64,000 nt of DNA from the NCBI GenBank assembly GCA_013298955.1, contig JAAFJT010000007.1, positions 21,160-85,159 on the forward strand. The letters are read 5' to 3'. A model generated the notes under the pieces. It was given only the letters and a program-made list of their open reading frames with translations. It searched no databases and was not told where the DNA came from. This stretch comes from Chitinophagales bacterium. GTDB lineage: Bacteria; Bacteroidota; Bacteroidia; Chitinophagales; Saprospiraceae. Position 1 is the stretch's first letter. The number at the start of each line of letters is the position of its first letter. Of the stretch, positions 48,001-56,582 are shown in pieces. Made by a program: the position numbers and the translations under genes.

Positions 48001-50033
48001 TACAAAACCACATTTTCGCTAATCGAAATGGTTTCGTCGGTATGAATATTCCCAGAACCACAACCCAATGCCATGATGGAAGGATATTTGCCAAAATTGT
48101 CAAAAGCGCGTCTATCATCAAAACTAAAATCAGAAGAATTGCTTGCCGAGTGCCCGAAAAAAGTGATATGTGTTACGCCATTATTAATCGGGGTGAAAAT
48201 TTGCTTACTTTGAGAAATTTCAATGGGTTGTGTAGAGAGGCGGTAAAACGAATGTACTTTCATTCCTGCGGGACTTTTCGCAATCTCCTTACTCATGCTA
48301 TTCATGTACGGTTCGATGGAGGGACTATCTTTGCCCCCACCTACTAAATGCACCATATCTTTCATCCAACCCCGTCCTTCGATGGTTTGAGGCGCATTTC
48401 GCTGTGTATTTTCCAAATCCATTACTTTTTTCAAGTAAATGCGCACTTGTTCTCCTGTAAGTGCCGCCAAACGACCGATTGGAATGGTTGCCCCACTGCT
48501 TTGGTGGCTGCCCGCCAATAAATTGTCAGAACCGGGAATGCCCCAAGTCGGGATTCGATTAAAACGAATTTCTTGATTTGAAACAGGTGTTCGACCGACA
48601 CCATGTGGTTCTCTGCCTTTACCGATGAGGAAAAGGTATTGGGGCGGTGCGTTAGGCGTACCCCATTTTTTTTGAATAAAATTCGCAAAATTGCGGATAG
48701 CCATAGGATGTCGATTGACTCCATAACTAAATTGTTCATATAATTGCTGCACATCGACCACTTTGACCTTATAATTGCCCCCTGCTGCGGATGCTCTATA
48801 TTGCTTGTAGGCTTCTACATAATTATTACCACGTCCATCATCCAAAAGGTCTTTATGGGTCACAATGATATAATTGCTATTGGCATTGCGCAAATCTTCT
48901 AACGGCGTATTAGCCATTTTTTCAATAGATTTAATGCCTGTTGCTGCATTAACCAAAATTAAATTTCGCAACGCACTTGAAGGAGGCAATGCAATCGCCA
49001 CTTTTCCATTTAAAAGCGTTGTTTCAATCCGAATTTTGTTCGTAACATCATATAAAATCGGAGCGACTCCACCATGATTGAAGTTTTCAATTTCCAAATA
49101 TTTAACAGTAGTAGCGTTAGGCAACGTAAATTCAAAAAATGTTTGGTTTTCAAAATCAAAGCGGCGAGCATATCGAAGCGTCATTAAACCTAATGTATGA
49201 TAATCATAAGCACTAAACGTTCCTTTTATTTCCAAACGCATCGTATTGGTTGGGGCATTAATCGGGAAAGTAAGATTCCGAAAAGGAAAATTATCGTTAA
49301 CGTTATCTTGATACAGTGTCATTCCATCCAAATTGATTTGGGTTCGATGCCCCGATTGATAACGCATCAGACGCAACGTCAAGGTAGCCGCCTGCCCTGT
49401 GTAAAGTGCGGGCGGCGTTATAGCATAGGTTCTATTGGTTGTCCAACCTGTGCCATAACCTTCTCCGTTGCCGTATTCGGAAAGATAGACATCCCAATAG
49501 GCAGGTTTATTATAAGCATCGTGATATTCATTGTGCCAATCATACATAAAATGCGTTTCTTTGGGCGGCAAATTCGTCAAAGGATTGGCGGTCGATATAT
49601 AAGCATTCGGATTTGGTGCGTTTGTCCATGTTAAAAAGTAGGCACTTGTATCGTGAATCACTGAAAAAGCGGGATTTAACTGACTGATACTGCCCTTTTT
49701 ATACATAAAGGAATCTAATTCATTTTTATTTTTTTGACCATAAAATTCTAAATAATCCTGACTCGCGGGCAACCCCTGTGTCGTCGTGTAAACGGGAATA
49801 GACTTTCCATTACGATAAATTTGGAATTGATTTGCCCGTACATTGTTGACAGGTAGCATCGCCGTTGGAATCCTGTAAATGCCTTGTTGGGATATAGGGA
49901 TTTTGTAATAGGGTTGCCCTGATGTTATCCATTCATTGCCATATAACGTGTCTTGTCCAACAGGCATTTGAGCAACAACTTTACAAAAAAAAGGATAGGC
50001 AAAGAGCAAAAAGAGGGTAATTTGCTGTTTCAT
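45009..50033 (-). CDS. very large C25 (gingipain/PorU-like) cysteine peptidase family protein with a T9SS C-terminal sorting domain
   Basis: YIIVTHKDL..AYKQYR..YKVKVVDVQQLYEQFSYGVNRHPMAIRNF. His region FFGHSASN. Cys region ALGCGSGN. C-terminal LNYPNPFSTSTQFIYTL tail. Signal peptide from M25 (MKQQITLFLLFAYPFFCKVVAQ). Confidence 0.75.
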   Translation of the reverse strand: MKQQITLFLLFAYPFFCKVVAQMPVGQDTLYGNEWITSGQPYYKIPISQQGIYRIPTAMLPVNNVRANQFQIYRNGKSIPVYTTTQGLPASQDYLEFYGQKNKNELDSFMYKKGSISQLNPAFSVIHDTSAYFLTWTNAPNPNAYISTANPLTNLPPKETHFMYDWHNEYHDAYNKPAYWDVYLSEYGNGEGYGTGWTTNRTYAITPPALYTGQAATLTLRLMRYQSGHRTQINLDGMTLYQDNVNDNFPFRNLTFPINAPTNTMRLEIKGTFSAYDYHTLGLMTLRYARRFDFENQTFFEFTLPNATTVKYLEIENFNHGGVAPILYDVTNKIRIETTLLNGKVAIALPPSSALRNLILVNAATGIKSIEKMANTPLEDLRNANSNYIIVTHKDLLDDGRGNNYVEAYKQYRASAAGGNYKVKVVDVQQLYEQFSYGVNRHPMAIRNFANFIQKKWGTPNAPPQYLFLIGKGREPHGVGRTPVSNQEIRFNRIPTWGIPGSDNLLAGSHQSSGATIPIGRLAALTGEQVRIYLKKVMDLENTQRNAPQTIEGRGWMKDMVHLVGGGKDSPSIEPYMNSMSKEIAKSPAGMKVHSFYRLSTQPIEISQSKQIFTPINNGVTHITFFGHSASNSSDFSFDDRRAFDNFGKYPSIMALGCGSGNIHTDETISISENVVLYEDKGAIGLGAATGSAYIDPLGIFAKQYYRLLGMGRPLGLGDYIQQTNRQLETTAQANETVSVMQQFTLHGDPAIRSHQFAGPDYTPDASTVRFLPEVLTTRLDSFELQLNIANIGLYQPTDSLEILIEQKLPSGIVKTLRTTKVIAPAYSQSYAFRLPMLKDGLGKNQFFIKVDPNNLIPESALGAESNNDLYVNQVRGISVYISDNNAQIVYPQPFAIVNELPIVLKAATSNAITGTRRYWVEIDTSLFFKSPLKKRTEINSVGGLLKWQPEVNWQPNQTYYWRISPDSTDGSGYIWQNASFIYLPQSSHGWNQSHYFQFLNNNYTNLGIRPYNRQFQYVNDTREVRMENKAANGELCSAMWLDGNRAGRACWASETMNGIQPTVNVYVFDSINVAALERDYPAPNYTPPYPYGLRHGNPAWVQRFFMFNSASTDSLYGRPALIKFLNWIPDNNYVIFTTLQQTQVNTYRSDLWAADAGENLFQVLERQGAQLIRRTVRDTFPYMFIYKKGKGVLSERLAARLTDTVEEKVVFTGRWYEGKMASERIGPALNWDSLDFRHMHLQQRDTNRLAIYGIAPDGVTRQLLDSNVTIGRSLRHINANNYPYLQLQWDSRDITYRTPSQLDYWRVFYTGLPDLGLNAARYYSHPKDSVDKGEKINITIAVENTGNYNITDSVSFKYTYTDAQNRATAQVVKLKPLAKGAYDTAQLIINSRPLSGRIKVNMEVNAEQRPKELLLTNNVGQTEFYVVPDLRNPLLDVTFDGQRILNNDIVSPEPTIAIALKDENRFLALSDTNLFRLYLKKPGINEPEKQMFFNLNSELQFRPAGSDLTKNNRAMVEYRPKFAKDGTYTLRIEAKDASDNSAGSSDYQIGFKVITKSSLSNVLNYPNPFSTSTQFIYTLTGLEIPESFKIQIMSVGGKIVREITHQELGDLKIGTHRTDFKWDGTDEFGDKLANGVYLYRVIAKKRNGSTYETYDTGTDDLFKGGFGKLVIVR

Positions 50034-50141
50034 TTTAGTAATATGGCGTTTATGTAAATAAATATAATTTGTTAAATTAGATTGCAAAAATACAAAAATA
50101 ATCAATTTTCAAACCTATTGTCTTTATAAAAGGATTTTTAG

Positions 50142-51116
50142 ATGATAAATGACAAAGAAAAGTATATTTCTTTCTGTAAAATAGAAAAGAGTATTCCTAT
50201 TTTTATGCAGCCTTGGTGGTTAGATGTCGTCTGTCAACAAGGTGAATGGGGCGTTTGGCTCTTTGAAAAGAATGGAGAAGTAGTAGCCGCTTCCACCTAT
50301 TTTTTGCGTAAAAAATATGGTTTGCGTTTTATGATGCAGCCGCCCTTGACCCAATATGCAGGCATTTGGTGGAAGGATTTAACTTTTTCTAAAAAACATC
50401 AGGAATATCATCATGTAAAAGAGGTTTTAAATCAATGGATTAACCAAATTCCAACTGTTCCTTTTTTCCAACAACAATATGCGTACACCTTGACCGATTG
50501 GCAACCGTTTTATTGGAAGGGTTTCCAACAGACGACTCGTTATACCTATATTTTGAATCCAATTCAAGATTTAACAACGATTTATAATCATTTTCATGAA
50601 AATACAAAACGCAAAATTCGGAAAGCAACCGAAGCAGGATTGCAAATTTTGCGTTTTGAAACGGAAACGGATGATACCGCTTTTGATGCTTTTTATCATT
50701 TAAATTCGCTTACGTTTCAGAAGCAAGGTTTGAAAAATCCAATTGATGTAAATTTGTTTAAAGAATTAGATATTGTTTTAAAATCGAAACAAGGGAGAAC
50801 CATTTATTTGGTGCGGGATGCAAATGGTGTTTATAATGCAGCTTTATATTTGGTTTATGATTCAAAATCAGCTTATTATTTGGCTGGTGGAGTGGATGTA
50901 AGCATTCCTAAAAACAATGCGTTGTATTTATTACTTTGGACGGCGATTCAAGATGCGGCGCAGCGCGTCTCAACCTTTGATTTTGAAGGCAGCATGTTAC
51001 CCCAAATTGAACCTGTTTTTAGGGCTTTTGGGGCAACACAAATGCCTTATTTTCGCATTTTCAAAGCCAAAAATCGTTTTTGGACGCTTGTAAATGCGTT
51101 TTTGAATATTTTTTAA
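50142..51116 (+). CDS. GNAT-fold acyl/aminoacyl transferase (FemAB / BioF2-like acetyltransferase domain)
   Basis: The size (324 aa), a two-lobed layout and the C-terminal ..YYLAGG...LLWTAIQDA..FDFEGS pattern resemble FemAB-like GNATs. The call is weak. Confidence 0.4.
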   Translation: MINDKEKYISFCKIEKSIPIFMQPWWLDVVCQQGEWGVWLFEKNGEVVAASTYFLRKKYGLRFMMQPPLTQYAGIWWKDLTFSKKHQEYHHVKEVLNQWINQIPTVPFFQQQYAYTLTDWQPFYWKGFQQTTRYTYILNPIQDLTTIYNHFHENTKRKIRKATEAGLQILRFETETDDTAFDAFYHLNSLTFQKQGLKNPIDVNLFKELDIVLKSKQGRTIYLVRDANGVYNAALYLVYDSKSAYYLAGGVDVSIPKNNALYLLLWTAIQDAAQRVSTFDFEGSMLPQIEPVFRAFGATQMPYFRIFKAKNRFWTLVNAFLNIF

Positions 51117-51133
51117 CGTTGATTTATTAGATT

Positions 51134-51177
51134 AGATGGATTCATTGGATTATTATAATAATCCAATGAATCCATCT
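51134..51177. repeat. 44-nt perfect palindrome
   Basis: AGATGGATTCATTGGATTATTA immediately followed by its exact reverse complement. Confidence 0.9.
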
Positions 51178-51198
51178 TAAAAAAAGCATAGAAATAGT

Positions 51199-51206
51199 TA
51201 CTTTTG
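51199..51206 (+). promoter_or_regulatory. Bacteroidota-type -7 promoter box (TAnnTTTG)
   Basis: TACTTTTG lies 84 nt upstream of ATG 51290. Confidence 0.35.
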
Positions 51207-51289
51207 TTGCGCTTTAACGCATGCAGCATTGCGTTTTTAATCCTAAAAATCAGTCTCTGTTTATACATTTTTAAATTAAATCATAACGT

Positions 51290-54115
51290 ATGAAAAATTT
51301 TACGATTTTAATGAGCATTTTGCTCGCCTCCTGTATGCAGCGCGTGCAAGCACAGGTCACTTGTAACCCTGTTTTTCCGTGTACAGACGATGTTGTTTCC
51401 ATTTATTACAATGCCAATGAAGGAAATCGCGCCCTTGCGAATGAAACAGGTGATATTTTTATGCATGCGGGCGTACTTACGAGTACCAGTACGGGCCCAG
51501 GTGATTGGAAATTTGTGCGCACCACTTGGGGTTCAACCGATACGGCATTTAGAATGTGGCCACTTGGGAATGGCATTTACGCGAAAAGTTATAATATTCG
51601 CTCTTTTTACAACATTCCACAAGGGGAAACGGTGTTGAAATTAGCTTTTGTTTTTCGGAATGGCGCAGGTTCAACGGTGGGCAGAACGGCTGATGGAAGC
51701 GATATTTTTTACGATTTAGGTTGTAATGGTGCGGCGTTTCAAACCTTGGTGCTTCAGCCCAACTCTACAAGCCTATTGACAACGATTGGGGCAACGATTC
51801 CTTTCAAAGGAGCCGCTTCTGCGAATGCAACCCTCTCCTTGAAAGATAATAATACGGTTTTAACAACGGTCAACAATGCGCGTAACTTGGATTACACCCT
51901 CAATGTGGCAACTGGGGGCAATCATACGGTTCAATTTATCGCTAATAATGGCGGCACAGAGGTCATCAAATCGTTTAGTTACACGATTCCAAATACGACG
52001 GTGGTGCGCGACGCGCCGCAAGGCACTCAATTAGGCGCGAATATCAATGCAGCAGGCACGTCTGTAACGTTGATGTTGCAAGCTCCGAATAAAAATAATG
52101 TATTTGTTTTAGGCAGTTTCAACAATTGGCAATTAGACACCGCCTATCAAATGTATAGAACAACGGATGGAAAATCGTGGTGGAAAACCATCCCACTTAA
52201 TTCGGGTACGATTTACACGTACCAATATTTGGTGGATGGCACGATTAAAATCGCAGACCCGTTAAGTACGTTGATATTAGACCCTGTTGGCGATAAGTCG
52301 ATTTCGGCTGTTACGTATCCGAATCTGCCTGCGTATCCGACAAATAAAACGACTGGTTATGTTTCGGTTTTGGAGCCGGGCAAAGCACCTTACACTTGGC
52401 GCGTTCCCAATTTCCAACGCCCGCCCAAACAAGATTTGATTATTTACGAATTATTAGTGCGTGATTTTGTCGCAAGACACGATTATCAAACCTTGATTGA
52501 TAGTATTAATTACCTTAAATCATTGAAAATCAATGCAATCGAATTAATGCCCGTTCAAGAATTTGATAATAATGAAAGTTGGGGTTACAATCCGAATTTC
52601 CATAACGCATTGGATAAATATTATGGAACAGCCGATAAATTTAAAGAATTTATTGATGTTTGCCATCAAAACGGAATTGCCGTGATTATTGATGTCGTGT
52701 TCAATCATGCTTGGGGAACCAGTCCTTTGACAAAATTATATTGGGATGCAGCGAATAATCGCCCCGCAGCAGATAATCCTTGGTTGAATCCTGTGGAAAA
52801 ACACCCGTATAATGTGGGTTATGATTTCAATCATGAAAGCGAATATACGCGCAATTACATGTTTCGTTGTTTGAAAAACTGGTTGGCTGAGTACAATATT
52901 GATGGCTATCGATTTGATTTATCCAAAGGTTTTACCCAAAAAAATACGTTAGGCGATGTAAACGCATGGGGTGTGTATGACCCATCTCGGGTGAATATTT
53001 GGAATCGTATTTACGATTCGGTACAAGCGTTTAATGCAGGTGCTTATGTGATTTTGGAACATTTGGGCGATAATGAGGAAGAAAAAGTCATGGCGAATCG
53101 CGGCATGATGACTTGGGGGAATATGTGGTATAGTTACAAACAATTTACCATGTGTTGGCCCAATAATCAATTAAAAGGCGTTTCTTCACAGGGGAGAGGT
53201 TGGACGGTTCCACATTTGGTTGGTTATATGGAAAGCCATGATGAACAACGAAATATGTATGAAAATATTAACTATGGCAATAGTGGACAAACGCCGATTT
53301 ATGATATTAAAAACCTTGAAACGGCTCTAAAACGGGTTGAATTAGCGAATGCGTTTTTCTACACCGTTCCCGGTCCAAAAATGTTGTGGCAATTTGGGGA
53401 AATGGGTTATGATATTAGCATTGATTTCAATGGTCGAGTGGGCAATAAACCGATTCGCTGGGATTATTTGACGCAACCTGCCCGCAAGCGGTTGTATGAT
53501 GTTACCCGAAATATCATTCATTTGCGCACCTCGAATCAAACCATTTTTAGAGATGGCACTTATAATTCAGATGATTTAAATGTTGAATACGCGAAGCATT
53601 TTCACGTCAGTCATCCGAATATGAACACCACTATTATTGGAAATGGCGGCATTATTGCAACGGATATCGTTCCTTATTTTCAAAATACTGGTACTTGGTA
53701 CAACTATTTGACAGGCGAAACGGTCAATATTACTTCTACAACGGCTCCAATTCGGTTGTTGCCGGGTGAATATCGGATTTACACGAGCGTCCGCCAACCT
53801 GTGCCACCTGCGGGCTACGTCAATTTCCCGAATGGCGATGCTAAAATCGTTGAATTATTAAATGATTTTCAAATCTATCCCAATCCAAGCGTTGCCAACG
53901 CGCCCTCGTATTTGGGTTATTCTTTGAAACAATCGGCTGATATTCAATGGTCTGTAATCAATCAAGTGGGGCAAATCGTTTATCAATCGGCTGTAACGCG
54001 TAGAAATGCGGGCAGTCACCAAGATAATTTAATCCCAGATTTGGCTTCTGGAACGTATATGATTCGATTGAATATCAACGGAGCTATCGTCACCCAAAAA
54101 TGGACGGTACAATAG
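51290..54115 (+). CDS. GH13 alpha-amylase family enzyme with a CBM48-like module and a T9SS C-terminal sorting domain
   Basis: GH13 regions I DVVFNHA, II DGYRFDLSKGF, IV YMESHDE. CBM-like VLGSFNNWQ...YQYLVDG. C-terminal FQIYPNPS... tail. Signal peptide present. Confidence 0.85.
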   Translation: MKNFTILMSILLASCMQRVQAQVTCNPVFPCTDDVVSIYYNANEGNRALANETGDIFMHAGVLTSTSTGPGDWKFVRTTWGSTDTAFRMWPLGNGIYAKSYNIRSFYNIPQGETVLKLAFVFRNGAGSTVGRTADGSDIFYDLGCNGAAFQTLVLQPNSTSLLTTIGATIPFKGAASANATLSLKDNNTVLTTVNNARNLDYTLNVATGGNHTVQFIANNGGTEVIKSFSYTIPNTTVVRDAPQGTQLGANINAAGTSVTLMLQAPNKNNVFVLGSFNNWQLDTAYQMYRTTDGKSWWKTIPLNSGTIYTYQYLVDGTIKIADPLSTLILDPVGDKSISAVTYPNLPAYPTNKTTGYVSVLEPGKAPYTWRVPNFQRPPKQDLIIYELLVRDFVARHDYQTLIDSINYLKSLKINAIELMPVQEFDNNESWGYNPNFHNALDKYYGTADKFKEFIDVCHQNGIAVIIDVVFNHAWGTSPLTKLYWDAANNRPAADNPWLNPVEKHPYNVGYDFNHESEYTRNYMFRCLKNWLAEYNIDGYRFDLSKGFTQKNTLGDVNAWGVYDPSRVNIWNRIYDSVQAFNAGAYVILEHLGDNEEEKVMANRGMMTWGNMWYSYKQFTMCWPNNQLKGVSSQGRGWTVPHLVGYMESHDEQRNMYENINYGNSGQTPIYDIKNLETALKRVELANAFFYTVPGPKMLWQFGEMGYDISIDFNGRVGNKPIRWDYLTQPARKRLYDVTRNIIHLRTSNQTIFRDGTYNSDDLNVEYAKHFHVSHPNMNTTIIGNGGIIATDIVPYFQNTGTWYNYLTGETVNITSTTAPIRLLPGEYRIYTSVRQPVPPAGYVNFPNGDAKIVELLNDFQIYPNPSVANAPSYLGYSLKQSADIQWSVINQVGQIVYQSAVTRRNAGSHQDNLIPDLASGTYMIRLNINGAIVTQKWTVQ

Positions 54116-54121
54116 TAGTAC

Positions 54122-54227
54122 TATTGAAACGCGGATGACGCAGATTGGGCGGATTTTCACGGATTTTTTTATAAAAAAATCCGTGAAAATCCGCCCAATC
54201 TGCGTCATCCGCGTTCCAATTCGCTCG
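54122..54227. repeat. CGGAT-family palindromic element, copy I (cleanest compact copy)
   Basis: TATTGAAACGCGGATGACGCAGATTGGGCGGATTTTCACGGATTTTTTT-ata-AAAAAAATCCGTGAAAATCCGCCCAATCTGCGTCATCCGCGTTCCAATTCGCTC. Confidence 0.9.
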
Positions 54228-54263
54228 TAAGATTCCAATTTATTTATAAAATAAGAACTCAAT

Positions 54264-55901
54264 ATGTCAACAACTCAACAACATCCAAAAGGTTTGCGTT
54301 TCTTGTTTTTAACCGAAATGTGGGAGCGATTCGGTTACTATCTGATGATAGGGATTTTCATGCTCTATATGAAAGACACGCAAAAAGGTGGACTTTCCAT
54401 TCCGCACAAAGAAGCAACCGATATTTTTGGCACTTTCATCGCCTTAGTCTATGTAACGCCCTTCATCGGCGGCATGCTTGCGGATAGAGTATTAGGTTAT
54501 CGGCGTTCCATCATCATTGGGGCAACCTTGATGGGTTTCGGCTATTTGGGACTTGCCATACAAGGTATGACGGCTTTTTGGATTTCTTTGCTGCTCATCA
54601 TTCTTGGAAATGGCTTTTTCAAACCCAATATTTCCATTTTATTGGGCAATTTGTACAATGATGAACCTTACAAGGCACATAAAGATACAGGTTACAATAT
54701 TTTCTATATGGGCATCAATGTCGGTGCGTTTATATGCAATTTTTTTGCAGCCTATTTGCGCAACACTTTTAGTTGGGGACACGCGTTTGCCGCAGCAGGA
54801 GTGGGCATGTTTATCGGTTTAGCAGTATTCATTTTGGGTGATAAACATTATGCACACGCAGACATTCAAGCTAAAAAGCAGGAAAATGAACAATCAATTG
54901 CTGTCGTGATGAGTTCCGTTTTGATACCTGCTATTCTGGCGGGCGTATTGGGCTGGATGATTCCGGGCAATATTTTTGGTTCGGATTCGACCGATGCTTT
55001 TTTGATAGCCTGTTTGCCAATCATTGCTTTTTATTTGAATATATGGTTTAAAGCAGCCGCACATGAACGCGAACCGATTGCGGCTTTATTGGCGATTTAC
55101 GCAGTTGTGATTGTTTTTTGGGCAATTTTCAAACAAAATGGTACGACATTGACGAATTGGGCAGAATATTATACGGATAGAGCCGTTCCAACGATGTTGC
55201 AAACGCCCGCAGATGCATTGGGCATGACCCAAACATTGACGGCTAAAAAAGACAGTTTCCCCCATTACGATTCCAAATTTCGCGCTCCAAAAGATGCCGC
55301 AGGAAAGGTTGTGAAAACGTATTCGACGCATCCATACTTTATCAACGCGCCCGCGACATTGCCCGCAGAAGGCAAATCGGTCCAATTATTTTCAACCGAA
55401 TTATTTCAATCCATCAACCCATTTTTCGTCGTTGTTTTAACGCCTTTTGTGGTTTGGTTTTTTGGACGCTTACGCAAACGAAATATAGAACCGACAACCG
55501 CTACTAAAATAGCAGGTGGATTATTCATTTCTGGGCTTTCGACCATTATCATGGTTTTTGCCGTTTTAGCTTGTCATAACGGATTGGATAAAAGTTCGAT
55601 TGGCTGGTTATTTGGAACGTATGGCGTAATCACCGTAGGCGAATTATTTTTAAGTCCGATGGGTTTATCCTTAGTTTCCAAACTCGCACCTGTACGCATT
55701 TCCGCGCTCATGATGGGCGGTTGGCAATTAGCGACTGCGATTGGTAATAAATTATCAGGCGTTTTAGCAGGTTTATGGGATGGTTATGAAGATAAAACTA
55801 CTTTTTTTTGGACGAATACAGGGATGATATTTGCGGCGGCGGCGGTTATTTTCGTCATGTTGCGCTGGTTAAATCGCATTATTCGACAATATGTCGTTTA
55901 A
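54264..55901 (+). CDS. POT/PTR2 family peptide:proton symporter
   Basis: PTR2 signature FLFLTEMWERFGYYLMIGI plus a second motif GNGFFKPNIS. Confidence 0.9.
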   Translation: MSTTQQHPKGLRFLFLTEMWERFGYYLMIGIFMLYMKDTQKGGLSIPHKEATDIFGTFIALVYVTPFIGGMLADRVLGYRRSIIIGATLMGFGYLGLAIQGMTAFWISLLLIILGNGFFKPNISILLGNLYNDEPYKAHKDTGYNIFYMGINVGAFICNFFAAYLRNTFSWGHAFAAAGVGMFIGLAVFILGDKHYAHADIQAKKQENEQSIAVVMSSVLIPAILAGVLGWMIPGNIFGSDSTDAFLIACLPIIAFYLNIWFKAAAHEREPIAALLAIYAVVIVFWAIFKQNGTTLTNWAEYYTDRAVPTMLQTPADALGMTQTLTAKKDSFPHYDSKFRAPKDAAGKVVKTYSTHPYFINAPATLPAEGKSVQLFSTELFQSINPFFVVVLTPFVVWFFGRLRKRNIEPTTATKIAGGLFISGLSTIIMVFAVLACHNGLDKSSIGWLFGTYGVITVGELFLSPMGLSLVSKLAPVRISALMMGGWQLATAIGNKLSGVLAGLWDGYEDKTTFFWTNTGMIFAAAAVIFVMLRWLNRIIRQYVV

Positions 55902-56582
55902 TGGAGGCATTTTGAGCGAATTGGAACGCGAATGACGCAGATTGAGCGGATTTTCACGGATTTTTTTTAAAATCCGCGAAAATCCGCCCAATATTTTCGT
56001 CATGTTGCGCTGGTTAAATCGCATTATTCGACAATATGTCGTTTAATGGAGGCATTTTGAGCGAATTGGAACGCGGATGACGCAGATTGTTTTTTAAAAT
56101 CCGCGAAAATCCGCCCAATATTTTCGTCATGTTGCGCTGGTTAAATCGCATTATTCGACAATATGTCGTTTAATGGAGGCATTTTGAGCGAATTGGAACG
56201 CGGATGACGCAGATTGGGCGGATTTTCACGGATTTTTTTTAAAATCCGCTAAAATCCGCCCAATATTTTCGTCATGTTGCGCTGGTTAAATCGCATTATT
56301 CGACAATATGTCGTTTAATGGAGGCATTTTGAGCGAATTGGAACGCGAATGACGCAGATTGAGCGGATTTTCACGGATTTTTTTTAAAATCCGCGAAAAT
56401 CCGCCCAATATTTTCGTCATGTTGCGCTGGTTAAATCGCATTATTCGACAATATGTCGTTTAATGGAGGCATTTTGAGCGAATTGGAACGCGGATGACGC
56501 AGATTGAGCGGATTTTCACGGATTTTTTTTAAAATCCGCGAAAATCCGCCCAATCTGCGTCATCCGCGTTCCAATTCGCTCG
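55848..56582. repeat. tandem array x5 (unit 145 bp; one 127-bp variant); each unit is the last 54 nt of the POT gene, a 13-nt spacer and a right-arm-truncated CGGAT element. Only the last unit carries the complete right arm.
   Basis: ATTTTCGTCATGTTGCGCTGGTTAAATCGCATTATTCGACAATATGTCGTTTAATGGAGGCATTTTGAGCGAATTGGAACGCG... starts at 55848, 55993, 56120, 56265 and 56410. Confidence 0.95.

Noticed and set aside
55848-56582. Repeat-spacer-like periodicity (145 bp) after the POT gene
   Set aside because: The would-be spacers are identical copies of the gene's 3' end, so this is a tandem duplication array and not a CRISPR array.
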